Assembly: GCA_038883855.1 (NCBI GenBank)
Contig: JAVZLH010000001.1
Location: 128,001-192,000, forward strand
Direction of reading: 5' to 3'
Length of the DNA: 64,000 nucleotides
DNA from: Candidatus Bathyarchaeia archaeon
Lineage (GTDB): Archaea; Thermoproteota; Bathyarchaeia; Bathyarchaeales; Bathycorpusculaceae
Part shown: positions 17,525-27,114 of the stretch, piece by piece
Layout: each line of letters starts with the position of its first letter
Numbering within the stretch: the first letter of the stretch is position 1
Made by a program: the position numbers and the translations under genes
The notes under the pieces: generated by a model
Told to the model about the DNA's origin: nothing
Seen by the model: the letters and a program-made list of their open reading frames with translations, nothing else
Database searches by the model: none

Positions 17525-18877
17525 TTGCTTAAGGAAGCTTGGATGCTTGCAATTGAAACCCTAAGCTGGATGGAAACGCAAAAATTAAGCGAACGTCTAG
17601 CCTTGGCAAAAACTGTTAAGCAACTAGGCATAAGCGACGTTGACGCCATAAGATTTGCTCACGGACTTGTTTGCGAAACCGTTAGGCGCCGCAACCTAAT
17701 CGACAAGTTCATTAACAACGTTTTGAAGCCAAGGGCAATAAGCGAGTTAACCCAAGGCGTCCAAGCCTTTCTAAGGCTTTACGTTTATCAGACGCGAATA
17801 GCCAAAAACTGGTCGAAAATCGACATTGAAGAAGCCCAAAACATAGCCAAACTAGCCCGTGCAATTTTAGGATGGAAAACTCTCCAAAAAGTTGAACATG
17901 TGCTAGGCTTATTACTTACAGAGAATCCAGCGGCAATATTGAAGGATGTTAGCGACGAAGAAAGAATTGGACTTTTAACCTTCCACCCAACATGGTTTGT
18001 TAAGTACTGCACTAAACTTTTTGGCAGAAAAGAAGCTATAGCCTTGCTGGAAGCAAACGCAGAGCCGCCGCCAACATACATAAGAATAAACACGCTTAAG
18101 GCAACTGAAAACCAGATTCTCGAAAAACTCTCGCAAGAAGGAATACACGTTGAGAAAGTTGAGGGTTTAAAGTACGCCTACAAAGTTTTAGGCGCAAAAA
18201 AGCCTTTAACCAGAACAGCAAGCTTCCAAGAAGGCTTATTCTATATTCAAGACAAGGCAAGCTGTTTTGCCGCTGAAGCTGCAAATCCAAAACCAGGAGC
18301 AACTGTGCTAGACGTTTGTGCGGCACCTGGAGCAAAGACGACTTTTCTAGCGCAGTTAATGGAGAATCGCGGCTTAATTTATTCCATTGACTATTCACGG
18401 CGTAGGATGGATGTTTGGCAAAGCGAAGTCTCCCGTATGGGTGTAAAAATAGCCTTGCCTATTATAGCAGATGCGTGCAATCCGCTGCCAATAGTTCCTG
18501 AAGTGGACATGGTTGTGTTGGACCCGCCATGCACAAGCACTGGCGCCTTTGGAAAGCTTCCTTCAGCCAAGTGGAGGCTTACGCAGCGTTTCGTTGAGAA
18601 GATGTCTGAAATACAGTGGCAGATGATAAACAACTGTGCTGAAAAGGTTAAGTCTGGAGGCGTGTTGGTCTATTCGACGTGCAGCATAACAGTTGAGGAA
18701 AACGAAATGCTTGTTGAAAAGTTTCTTAAGTGGCATCCAGAATTTTCGCTAATGGAAATAACGCCTAACATTGGTTTGCCGGGTTTAAGGGGCATGGAAA
18801 AGTGCCAGAGGCTTTACCCGCACATACATGAATGTAACGGCTTTTTCATTGCAAAACTGTTAAAGAACAGAATCTAA
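17525..18877 (+). CDS. RsmB/NOP2/Sun-family RNA m5C methyltransferase with a NusB-like N-terminal domain
   Basis: IQDKAS, DVCAAPGAKTT, DPPCTSTG, YSTCSI..EENE, GFFIAKL. Confidence 0.93.
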   Translation: MLKEAWMLAIETLSWMETQKLSERLALAKTVKQLGISDVDAIRFAHGLVCETVRRRNLIDKFINNVLKPRAISELTQGVQAFLRLYVYQTRIAKNWSKIDIEEAQNIAKLARAILGWKTLQKVEHVLGLLLTENPAAILKDVSDEERIGLLTFHPTWFVKYCTKLFGRKEAIALLEANAEPPPTYIRINTLKATENQILEKLSQEGIHVEKVEGLKYAYKVLGAKKPLTRTASFQEGLFYIQDKASCFAAEAANPKPGATVLDVCAAPGAKTTFLAQLMENRGLIYSIDYSRRRMDVWQSEVSRMGVKIALPIIADACNPLPIVPEVDMVVLDPPCTSTGAFGKLPSAKWRLTQRFVEKMSEIQWQMINNCAEKVKSGGVLVYSTCSITVEENEMLVEKFLKWHPEFSLMEITPNIGLPGLRGMEKCQRLYPHIHECNGFFIAKLLKNRI

Positions 18878-19773
18878 CGTTTTCTTGTTTTCCCTAGTTT
18901 GCAGAGTAGTTCAAAAATTATTTTTGCTGCTTGAATAGCTGAAACGCCTTGGTCATAGTTTGGTGCAACTTCAACCACGTCAAAGCCTACCACACGGCTA
19001 TCGCAAAGGGCGCATAGAATATCAAGCAACGTGTGTGTTTCGATCCCTTCCGGTTCTGGGTTTTGCACTGCTGGCGCATAAGCGGGGTCTAAAACATCCA
19101 TGTCTACGGATAAATAGAGGCTTTCTATTCCAGCCAGTTCCTTATTCAACAACTTTACAATTTGCATGCTACCTTTTTTTCTGATTTGCTGTGCTGTGAA
19201 AAACTGTATGCCCGCCTCTTCTGCATATTTGAGTTCTTCTTTGCAGACTGCTCTTGTGCCCACTTCAATTATTTTTGCTGGCTTTGCCTCTTCGTTTATT
19301 CTGCGCATAAACGTTGTGTGAGAAAGTTTGAGTCCCATAAACTCGTCTCGAAGGTCAAGGTGCGCATCAAAACTCACAACAGCTGTTTTATTGGCTTTTC
19401 TGCCTAAGCCTTTAACTGCTCCCAAAGTTATTGTGTGTTCGCCGCCCATGACGACTGGCGTTTTTTCAGCTTCCAGAATTTCTTTAACAACAAGCCCGAG
19501 TCTTTTCATGGTTTCAGCAGTATCCATATATACGTGTAAATCGCCTAAATCGTGCAGTTGCAAATTTTCCACGTCAAAGCCAGCGCGGAAACTGTAGGTT
19601 TCAATGTTTAGTGATGCCTCCCTTATGGCGTTTGGACCAAACCGCGCTCCAGTTCTATAGGTGCTTGTGGCATCAAATGGAACGCCTAAAATTATGTAAT
19701 CTGCTTTTTCGAAGGGTTTTTGGAAACCGCTGAAAACATTGGATTGTGAAACGAAAATTTCGCGGTAACCCAT
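18874..19773 (-). CDS. speB: Agmatinase
   Basis: GVPFDATS.YRTGARFGP, GGEHTIT, DAHLDLRD, SVDMDVLDP..AP, DVVEVAP. Confidence 0.93.
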   Translation of the reverse strand: MGYREIFVSQSNVFSGFQKPFEKADYIILGVPFDATSTYRTGARFGPNAIREASLNIETYSFRAGFDVENLQLHDLGDLHVYMDTAETMKRLGLVVKEILEAEKTPVVMGGEHTITLGAVKGLGRKANKTAVVSFDAHLDLRDEFMGLKLSHTTFMRRINEEAKPAKIIEVGTRAVCKEELKYAEEAGIQFFTAQQIRKKGSMQIVKLLNKELAGIESLYLSVDMDVLDPAYAPAVQNPEPEGIETHTLLDILCALCDSRVVGFDVVEVAPNYDQGVSAIQAAKIIFELLCKLGKTRKR

Positions 19774-19833
19774 TTCTATTATTCTTCCTACACTTTGTTC
19801 CTAGAGGTATGCTCCGAGCTCTTTTTAAAATTT

Positions 19834-20335
19834 CTACTTCCGAAAGGCAAAACACAGCCTTGCCAAATAAGCGATGATGCCTAAAAGGAAGGATAAGCTG
19901 CAAAGTCCGTAGATAACAGTGTATTGGTAAGGAACCAGAATGTTAATGAAGGGATTTCCTTGCAGCGGATAAAAGGGCGCCATTTCCCCATAAAGAAACG
20001 AGTCTAAAAACACATGCGAATAAACTCCTACAAAAGACGTTAAAAATATCCTCTTAAAAGAAGTCTTCTGCGGAATTCTGAAAAACGCCATCTTTGCCAA
20101 ACAATTCCCTAAGCGGATAAACAACTGCTGTGACAAAAAATGCCAGAATTGACGCGCTTAAATATGAGTGGAAAAAACCGTGAAGCGGATAACCAGAAAC
20201 GCCAAAAAACACCACATAGAGCGGCTCCACGTCTGGAATGACGCTTGCTATTAGAAGTGCTGGCAAATCAAAAAATGTGAATAAGGCTAGACCTAACAAC
20301 AACGCTGGACCAAAATGGAATGGAGTAAAGGGCAT
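19834..20335 (-). pseudogene. Membrane-bound metal-dependent hydrolase (YdjM/DUF4184-like), split by one frameshift
   Basis: MPFTPFH...SVIPDVE...HGFFHS in one frame and SHVFLD...PFYP in another; the switch is near 20090. Confidence 0.75.
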
Positions 20336-20439
20336 AACCAAACCTTCTCTGCATAAATGTTGTTCCACTATTGACCAGTGACGGTATAATATTTATTAAT
20401 TTATTGCTGTTAATGCATTTGTTAAAAAGGGTGCAAAAC

Positions 20440-20793
20440 ATGGCGCTAAAATCTAAGCTTAAAATTGAAGGCAAGGGCATCGCAGCGTCCTTCATCTTTT
20501 ACGCTGTTGCTGGAATAATTTTCTTCATTGTTTTACCTTTAGCCTTTTTCCCACCCCACATTGGCATAATCGGAATCCTAAGTCTGCTCACAGCCTACGG
20601 CTTGCTAAAGAAAAGAGTTTGGGCAGTTTGGCTTGTTGTCATGTTATTCTTTATCAACACAACTTTTTCGTTGGTTACACTTTACTACTTTTTTCTGGGA
20701 GATATGCTCATTGAGGTGGGCGCGGCTGCATACTTAATTCTCACATGGATTTTCACAGCATACATCGTTGCAAAAAGGGAGACAATAAAGTAG
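20440..20793 (+). CDS. Small four-TM membrane protein
   Basis: Four hydrophobic segments, GLLKKRVWAVWL. Confidence 0.75.
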   Translation: MALKSKLKIEGKGIAASFIFYAVAGIIFFIVLPLAFFPPHIGIIGILSLLTAYGLLKKRVWAVWLVVMLFFINTTFSLVTLYYFFLGDMLIEVGAAAYLILTWIFTAYIVAKRETIK

Positions 20794-20803
20794 AAACTTC
20801 TCT

Positions 20804-21670
20804 TTAAGCAGCTTTCATTTCTCTTTTAAGGATATCGCGCATTTTCACTGCGTCCACATCAAGAACCGGGCTTTCGCTTATGATGACCGGGTTCAATTTG
20901 AACTCAGCTATAACTTTTGCTAGCATTTCAAAATCTGGGCCGTATTCGGCTTCCTCCATTGTGTGGTGTTGTTTCTCGCCTTTATCCGTGAATTCCACCT
21001 TCGTGAAGTGGCAATGCATATTTTTAACGGTTTCAGTTCCCAAGCGCTTTTCAATTTCCGCAACAACTTCACGAAAATCCTCAACAGTCTTGAAACGCCC
21101 CTTGCCCCTTGCGTGCAAGTGCGCCCAGTCAATGACCGGACTCGTTCGCTCAACTTCCTCGCAGAGGCCCAAAACTTCGTCTAAACTCCCAAATTGGGAA
21201 GGCTTGCCCATAGTTTCTGGGCCTAGTCTTACATTCTTAATTCCAAGCGTGCTCATGGCTTCAACAACTTCTTTTAAGGCCTCAATACATTTTTTAAAAA
21301 CATCTTTTGGCGCGTTTTTACCGTAAAACCCTGAGTGGAAAACCACTATGTATGATTTCAGCCAGTCGGCCGCGGTTGCGCCTGCAATTAAGCGTTGTTT
21401 ACTTGCTTCAACAACTTGTTTGTTCCCGCAAAAGTTTATGAAGTAGGAGCCATGGAGGCTTAGCAAGACATCAAATTTTTCTGCTTCTCGCCCGAGTTTT
21501 TCAGCCTCTTCCCTCTTTATCTGCGGTTTTACGCCCCATCGAACCGCTTGATATTCAAAGGCGTCAAGTCCCTCTTCCATAAGAAGTCTAGGGACGTCCG
21601 TTAAACCAGCTTTTCTAGCTCTAAAGGATGGAGGGACTCCGGCGGGACCGAATCTTGTACGGTTAGTCAT
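20804..21670 (-). CDS. nfo: Endonuclease IV (TIM-barrel AP endonuclease)
   Basis: RFGPAGVP, LSLHGSYFIN, VFHSG, GPETMGK..QFGSLDE, IDWAHLHAR, HCHFT, GEKQH, IISESP. Confidence 0.92.
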   Translation of the reverse strand: MTNRTRFGPAGVPPSFRARKAGLTDVPRLLMEEGLDAFEYQAVRWGVKPQIKREEAEKLGREAEKFDVLLSLHGSYFINFCGNKQVVEASKQRLIAGATAADWLKSYIVVFHSGFYGKNAPKDVFKKCIEALKEVVEAMSTLGIKNVRLGPETMGKPSQFGSLDEVLGLCEEVERTSPVIDWAHLHARGKGRFKTVEDFREVVAEIEKRLGTETVKNMHCHFTKVEFTDKGEKQHHTMEEAEYGPDFEMLAKVIAEFKLNPVIISESPVLDVDAVKMRDILKREMKAA

Positions 21671-21682
21671 TAATTTCCCTTT

Positions 21683-22516
21683 CTACCTTCTCTTAACTGT
21701 TCTGTGTTTGAAAGCTTTCCGCTTGTAGCCGCCGTAAAATAGAGTAGCTAAAGCCGAAATCCAAGCTGCAAGGTTCTGGAAAACCAGATACTTTCCAGCA
21801 CCATCTAACAGAGTTAATGGTCCAATCAAAGAGCCCACGGCGACCACAAAATCCCTAAATCCGGGCGCCACGGCAATTAGCGCGTTATTTATAGCTGAAA
21901 AAAACGCGCCTATAGGGGTGAAAAACTGTGCTGTGCCTTTGATGAAGTTGAGTAGTGAGGCGTTGCTTTGGTAGGTGCCAGCTATTGTGTGATAAATTAG
22001 ATTAGGATAAGCCAAGAGGGAAATTATGATTATGAGAGTTCCAAAAGTCAGCAGCAATGTTAAAGTGCTTTTTATTGCGGTTCTAGCGAAATGTATTTTT
22101 TGCCAAATGTAGGCTATTCCCTTAAATTTTAAAAGTCTCCTTTTCGCTCCATCAAAAAACCTCTTTAGAAGTCCCGTTTTCTGTTCTCCTTTTGTAGATG
22201 CCTTGGTCTTGGTTTTTAATGTTTCAGCGGGTTTTATCGTGAAGTAGCTTGTTAAACATATCCAGCTGAAAATGAGCGATAGGATGACGGCTGCGGGAAC
22301 TAGATGGAATATTGGGCTAATCGTTAAAACGAAATTCCAATCCGTGCCCGGAAATATGAAACTCCATTGTAACAGTCCTTTGTCTTCTACCCCTAAGCTA
22401 ATGGCATAAAGAGCAACCAGATACTCGGTTAAAATAGCTATCAAAATGAAAAGAATTATCGCAGCTGCTCCCTTTAGTGTGGTCCAACGAATGACCAGAC
22501 GTTTTTGAGTTACCAT
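21683..22516 (-). CDS. Hypothetical multi-pass membrane protein
   Basis: 277-aa ORF with several TM segments and basic loops; GGTGAG SD. Confidence 0.75.
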   Translation of the reverse strand: MVTQKRLVIRWTTLKGAAAIILFILIAILTEYLVALYAISLGVEDKGLLQWSFIFPGTDWNFVLTISPIFHLVPAAVILSLIFSWICLTSYFTIKPAETLKTKTKASTKGEQKTGLLKRFFDGAKRRLLKFKGIAYIWQKIHFARTAIKSTLTLLLTFGTLIIIISLLAYPNLIYHTIAGTYQSNASLLNFIKGTAQFFTPIGAFFSAINNALIAVAPGFRDFVVAVGSLIGPLTLLDGAGKYLVFQNLAAWISALATLFYGGYKRKAFKHRTVKRR

Positions 22517-22726
22517 CCCCGGTTCTCACCAGCGAATACATTAACCTCAATTACACTCTAATATGCGATTTTCTAACTAAAAAAGATGACTATGAAACAC
22601 TGGGTATATATTTTCACTCATAATTAGTTAGCCTCAACCTCTTTATTTAACGAATTAATTCAAAGCAGAGAGAGAACAAAACTGTGAATACTACTCAAGG
22701 GTGGAATGCATCTGTTGGCTTCATCC

Positions 22727-22864
22727 TTAGGAAAATGGGAACTCGTTTCCGCATTTTGGGCATTTAACCATGGAGCATTGTACGGAAGAGGGGCAGCCGG
22801 AGCAGGCAAATGCCCTGCCATATGTTATGTCAAAAGTGAAACCACATTTCGGGCATTTCACCAA
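22727..22864 (-). CDS. Small Cys-rich protein (two KCPKCG knuckles plus CxxC..C, 7 Cys)
   Basis: Manual translation (L/M)VKCPKCGFTFDITYGRAFACSGCPSSVQCSMVKCPKCGNEFPFS*; AAGGAG SD upstream; start could be TTG 22864, GTG 22861 or CTG 22885. Confidence 0.8.
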   Translation of the reverse strand: MVKCPKCGFTFDITYGRAFACSGCPSSVQCSMVKCPKCGNEFPFS

Positions 22865-23015
22865 ATGCTTGGAATGCGTGTTCAGCGTTTTTCGCTCCTT
22901 TTAAGTAAATCATGGTGGGAAATTTTAAAAATGTTTCTCATAACTCTAAAGTTGATTTACACAAGATTTATTAAATTATTGAGAGGCAAATTTGAAGTTT
23001 GAGACTGGGAAAGGG

Positions 23016-23999
23016 ATGCAGAGAAAAAACAAAGCAGAGCGGTCAGAGCTTTACAGGGACCGTGACGTACAAGTTTTGCTAGGCAAATTTTTAAGCGGAG
23101 AAATCAGCAAGCTTGAGCCCGTTTACGACTCACAGGTTGGTTACCGTTACCCAGCGGTTGAGGAGATAATTGGTGATGTTTCAAAGGTTATGCCTTTTTT
23201 GAACAAGCTTTATGAGGCTGGAATCTTAGAGCGAAAGCTTTACGATAAGGTTATTTATTGCCCAAAATGTGGTTCCGCAAACATTTCTGTTCGTTATTGC
23301 TGCCCCTACTGTAAGTCTTTTGATATCCAAAAAAGTTCCCTCATAGAGCATGTCAAATGTGGGTATATGGATGTGCAAGAGAGCTTCTTGAAAGGGACTG
23401 AGATGGTTTGTCCAAAATGTGGTGAGGAGCTTAAAACAGCTGATGTTGATTATAGGAAGGCTGGAATATGGTGCACTTGTAAGGTTTGCGGGAAAAGTTT
23501 TGACATTCCAGTCTCCGTGCACTTCTGTAGAAATTGCCATGAAAACTTCACTTTTGAAGACGCAAAAATACAGGATGTTTATGTTTACAGTCTCAATGAA
23601 GAAGTAAAGGGAGAGGCTCCGCTCATCTGGGTTTTGGTGACACAAATTCAGGAAATGCTAGTGGAGGATGGCTTTCATGTTGAAAGTCCAGCTTTTATTA
23701 AGGGCAAATCAGGTGCAAACCATAGGTTTGACATTGCGGCGTATAAGGACACTGCTGAAAAATTGATGGTTATCGATTTTGCATCTTCCGTTGAAAGTGA
23801 GATTTCAGAGCAGCCGGTTATCGCTCTTTTCGCCAAAATATTTGATGTTTCTCCTGAAAAGGCTTACCTGATTGCGGTTCCGAGGATTAATGAGAATGGT
23901 AGGAAGATGGCTGAGTTATATAATATTCAGATTATTGAGGCTAGGAATCAGAAGGAAGTTGTAAAGGCTCTAAGAGAGAAACTGAAAAATAACCATTAA
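23016..23999 (+). CDS. TackOD1-type multi-Zn-ribbon protein with a C-terminal PD-(D/E)xK/Mrr-like domain
   Basis: GYRYP winged-helix-like start; CPKC/CPYC/H..CG/CPKC/C..C/C..C array; GKSGANHRFDI. Confidence 0.8.
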   Translation: MQRKNKAERSELYRDRDVQVLLGKFLSGEISKLEPVYDSQVGYRYPAVEEIIGDVSKVMPFLNKLYEAGILERKLYDKVIYCPKCGSANISVRYCCPYCKSFDIQKSSLIEHVKCGYMDVQESFLKGTEMVCPKCGEELKTADVDYRKAGIWCTCKVCGKSFDIPVSVHFCRNCHENFTFEDAKIQDVYVYSLNEEVKGEAPLIWVLVTQIQEMLVEDGFHVESPAFIKGKSGANHRFDIAAYKDTAEKLMVIDFASSVESEISEQPVIALFAKIFDVSPEKAYLIAVPRINENGRKMAELYNIQIIEARNQKEVVKALREKLKNNH

Positions 24000-26716
24000 T
24001 CTATTATGAAAACCGCCATGTTGCCTCTTTCCGTGACTATTTTAACTGTGAATTTATCTTCTGGCAGTTTTACGCCTGCGAGGACGTATGTTGTTTCTTC
24101 TCCCGAGTTTATGAAAAGGTTGGCATTGTAACGTTCATGGTTTGTTTGGCTTATTACCCATATGGCTATGATATGCGTTGTTGAGGGGCTGGGGTTTTTA
24201 ATGTTGATGCTTACTCCGTCGATCGTTGCTTTTAGGGCGAAAAAGTCTACTTCTATGGTTGTTTGGTTCATGCTTGTTCCGTCATCTGTAAATTGTAAGC
24301 GAACTGTACCGTTGCCGCTGACGTAGTCTGCCAAGTTTTCAGTTATGCTGGTTGCGTAATAATTCCACTCGTTTGGCATGGGTTGGATTCCGCCGGTGTT
24401 GTTAAAGCCTGCGTCGCTGAAGCTTGCAGTTGCCCAATTATATGCTTTTATAAACCATTTTTCTGAGCCTTCGGTGGCATTGTATCTGAGGAGTATTTCT
24501 ATGCTTTGTATTTGGTTTAGCGGGTAGCTAAACAAGTCTATCACAAAGTCGTTGTTTACGTTAAGCCTATAAGTACCTAACACTGTTGCCTCATACTGTA
24601 TCCAGTCAACTTTAAACTCGAACGGCGTATCCGTAGTTTTTATACATTTAATTTTCAACTTCCACTCTCCAGCGGCATCTCTGAAGCGTGTTGGACTGGT
24701 GGTGACGGTCTGGTTTTCTATAGTATCCGTTATACCAATGGTATCCGCCATGTAACCGTCGCCACTCGTTGAGTAAGCGCCTATTTCATAATTGTAAAGT
24801 TGCAACGTTACGTTAACGTCTGTTGTGGTACAACTGAGGTCAACAGTCCATGTTAAACTGTCCCACGACACTGTATTAGATGCGCCCGTAAACTCAGCTT
24901 CAGCCGTGAACTCTGTTGGGGATCCAAAATTCATGAACTCGATTTCAAAACATTCATATGTGGTTGTTGCTGTGTTTGATGAAAACATAGTTGAGCCTAT
25001 CACCGTAAGTGTTGCCCCATCCCAGTGTATTGCGCCTAAGTCAAGAGCGGTTGTTTCTAAAACTGCCCCCAAAATTTTGGCATCCCCACTTATGTTGCGG
25101 GTGTTCGTTCGCAACTGAACCCACAAGTGAGCATATGCACCCATTGACACATAAGTCGTCCAGTTTGTTCCCCAACCGGTGGATATGGAGTATGTGTTAT
25201 AGTGTATTCTTCCAACGGTTGTTCCCCAAACTATTAAGCCTTTGTTTCCTGTTGGTTCCCAAGCGAAGTCGACGCATCTTGTGGTGGCTGAATCAACTGC
25301 ATCATCAACTTCATTAACTATGTGAACTCTTGTTGGTGGGTCTGCGGACATGTTGAAAGCCCAAGCGTTTAAATCTCCGAGGTCGTTAACTCCAGCATAC
25401 ATGACAAAATCGTTTTGTGAGTTTCCCGCGGGGTCGCGTTTTAAGACACTAAAGCAGGCATCGTTTCCTCCGTCTGGGTCTGGGTCAAAGGATACTCCAG
25501 CAGTCCAGTCATCGTCGCCTTGAATGTAGTATTTCCAAGCCATGCTGTTGGGTCCGTCTCCTGAAACAACCAATATTTTCTTGTAGTACGTGGAGTATTC
25601 AATTGCGATTGTTTCTCTTCCAACAGTTGTATATGAAGTGGATATTGTAGTCATTTTCTCCCATGAACTGCCATTCCATATTCCCGCAAATGTATCAGCA
25701 TTTGTGTCATCTTGAAATGCTAAAGCAATCTGATTAGACGCTGGTTGTGGGTTGCTTGCTAAACAAACAAATGATATGGTTGGATTTACTGAGGCAACTC
25801 CGGCAAAATCTATGTAATATTCGTCGCTCCACGCCGTGCCGTTCCAAATTTTATACCCTAAATCTTTTGTGGCCTCTGCAACAACAACATCATATACTAG
25901 TAATGCTCTGCCGCTTGCCGTTTCATAAGCTATGTCGTAGGGGCGTTGCGCACCAGTTGGCGCCGTTGTCCAAACTTGAGCGATATTGTTTGTGGCAATC
26001 CATTCTATACCGTTCCAAACGTAAGCGTCAAGGTAACCATCGTCAGAACAAGTTACAACGATCCTCTCAAAACTTCTCTCTTCCACGGGGCAAGAAGCAA
26101 CTCTAACAGTTCTAACGGGACTGCCAGCGTCTGGCATCTCAACTTGCGAACTCCAACCTGCCGCTTCTCCATTCCACGTCCTCAGTTTAGGCGTATTCAG
26201 AGAGGCTGTGCTGTCGCGGTAAACTATGAAGGCGTCGGTTTTTGCTGTTGTTGATGATGCTGAAACATAGGAACGGAAACGCATGTAAACATTGTCTTCG
26301 TTTTGTAAATCGGTTATTGAGCCTGAAACAAGCGTTGTATACCCAAAAAGAGCGTAAGTCGAGGGATTATATCTATAAGAAATTCCTCCAGTGCCTCCTG
26401 TAGTAAACTCTTCTCTGAAAGCTTCGTAAAAATCGTCAATATAGTGGGTGTCCGTGTAAGTGCCGCTTACCCTAGTTCCAACTTCGATTGTAAACTCTTT
26501 TTGAGCTGTGAACCACGGCGAACCAGCTATACGAGTGGCGTTGGTAATCTGCACTGTTTCTTGCATCCTTTCCAAATCCAACTGGTTCATTTGAAAACTC
26601 CAGAGAACGACATTGCCAACAATCATCACTATCAAAATTAAACTTAACATGATGACTATCACATTGCTTATGCCGCGTTTATCGCGTTTAAGGCGCCTTA
26701 TAATAGCCTCCAGCAT
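23996..26716 (-). CDS. Giant pilin-like adhesin with a class III signal peptide
   Basis: RRLKRDKRG|ISNVIVIMLSLILIV; C-terminal pilin end KIVTERGN; central Trp-rich (WNG..W) propeller-like repeats. Confidence 0.85.
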   Translation of the reverse strand: MLEAIIRRLKRDKRGISNVIVIMLSLILIVMIVGNVVLWSFQMNQLDLERMQETVQITNATRIAGSPWFTAQKEFTIEVGTRVSGTYTDTHYIDDFYEAFREEFTTGGTGGISYRYNPSTYALFGYTTLVSGSITDLQNEDNVYMRFRSYVSASSTTAKTDAFIVYRDSTASLNTPKLRTWNGEAAGWSSQVEMPDAGSPVRTVRVASCPVEERSFERIVVTCSDDGYLDAYVWNGIEWIATNNIAQVWTTAPTGAQRPYDIAYETASGRALLVYDVVVAEATKDLGYKIWNGTAWSDEYYIDFAGVASVNPTISFVCLASNPQPASNQIALAFQDDTNADTFAGIWNGSSWEKMTTISTSYTTVGRETIAIEYSTYYKKILVVSGDGPNSMAWKYYIQGDDDWTAGVSFDPDPDGGNDACFSVLKRDPAGNSQNDFVMYAGVNDLGDLNAWAFNMSADPPTRVHIVNEVDDAVDSATTRCVDFAWEPTGNKGLIVWGTTVGRIHYNTYSISTGWGTNWTTYVSMGAYAHLWVQLRTNTRNISGDAKILGAVLETTALDLGAIHWDGATLTVIGSTMFSSNTATTTYECFEIEFMNFGSPTEFTAEAEFTGASNTVSWDSLTWTVDLSCTTTDVNVTLQLYNYEIGAYSTSGDGYMADTIGITDTIENQTVTTSPTRFRDAAGEWKLKIKCIKTTDTPFEFKVDWIQYEATVLGTYRLNVNNDFVIDLFSYPLNQIQSIEILLRYNATEGSEKWFIKAYNWATASFSDAGFNNTGGIQPMPNEWNYYATSITENLADYVSGNGTVRLQFTDDGTSMNQTTIEVDFFALKATIDGVSINIKNPSPSTTHIIAIWVISQTNHERYNANLFINSGEETTYVLAGVKLPEDKFTVKIVTERGNMAVFIID

Positions 26717-27113
26717 GATTCCCCCTGTTCGTAACGACATCAACATGGTAGACTTCACCTGAAACCCAAGAACATGAAACATTTAGCCATCCATGCTCCT
26801 CCATTTCCAAGTGGAAGGGCGAACTGAAGAGTTGAGGAGTGCCGTTAACGTAAACCCTTGAAACGTCAATGGCGCCCTTACCAATGTTGCGGAGATAAAC
26901 CATTATGACGTTAGTGGAGTTAAACCAGACATCCTCTACCAAAAGGCGCTCGCTCATGTTTTCCCGAAGATTTGTTGTGACACCATATGTAGAAGTTGTG
27001 GCGATTGCCATGGCTGCTACAGCCACGACCATAAGCAAAAGATTGCTTAGAACTGGCGTTATAGCACGCTTATCGCAGAAAAATTTTCTAAACTTATCCT
27101 TCACCTTTTCCAC
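26688..27113 (-). CDS. Archaeal type IV pilin
   Basis: DKRA|ITPVLSNLLLMVVAVAAM, ERLLVEDVWF, YLRNIG, VYVNG, VVTNRGN. Confidence 0.9.
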   Translation of the reverse strand: MEKVKDKFRKFFCDKRAITPVLSNLLLMVVAVAAMAIATTSTYGVTTNLRENMSERLLVEDVWFNSTNVIMVYLRNIGKGAIDVSRVYVNGTPQLFSSPFHLEMEEHGWLNVSCSWVSGEVYHVDVVTNRGNHAGGYYKAP

Positions 27114-27114
27114 C

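Noticed and set aside
22730-22870. 22-nt imperfect direct repeat (CCGCATTTTGGGCATTTAACCA / CCACATTTCGGGCATTTCACCA) and hairpins suggesting an ncRNA, cobalamin-like riboswitch or mini-CRISPR
   Set aside because: Fully explained by the duplicated VKCPKCG codons of a small minus-strand protein; only two copies and no riboswitch core
22706-23002. 98-aa + strand ORF
   Set aside because: Antisense shadow of the Cys-rich microprotein; no recognisable motifs
26695-26716. Possible ATA start for the giant pilin (GGAGG-CTATT-ATA-AGG-CGC, giving MRRLKRDKRG)
   Set aside because: An in-frame ATG with a G-rich SD lies five codons upstream, so a near-cognate start is not required
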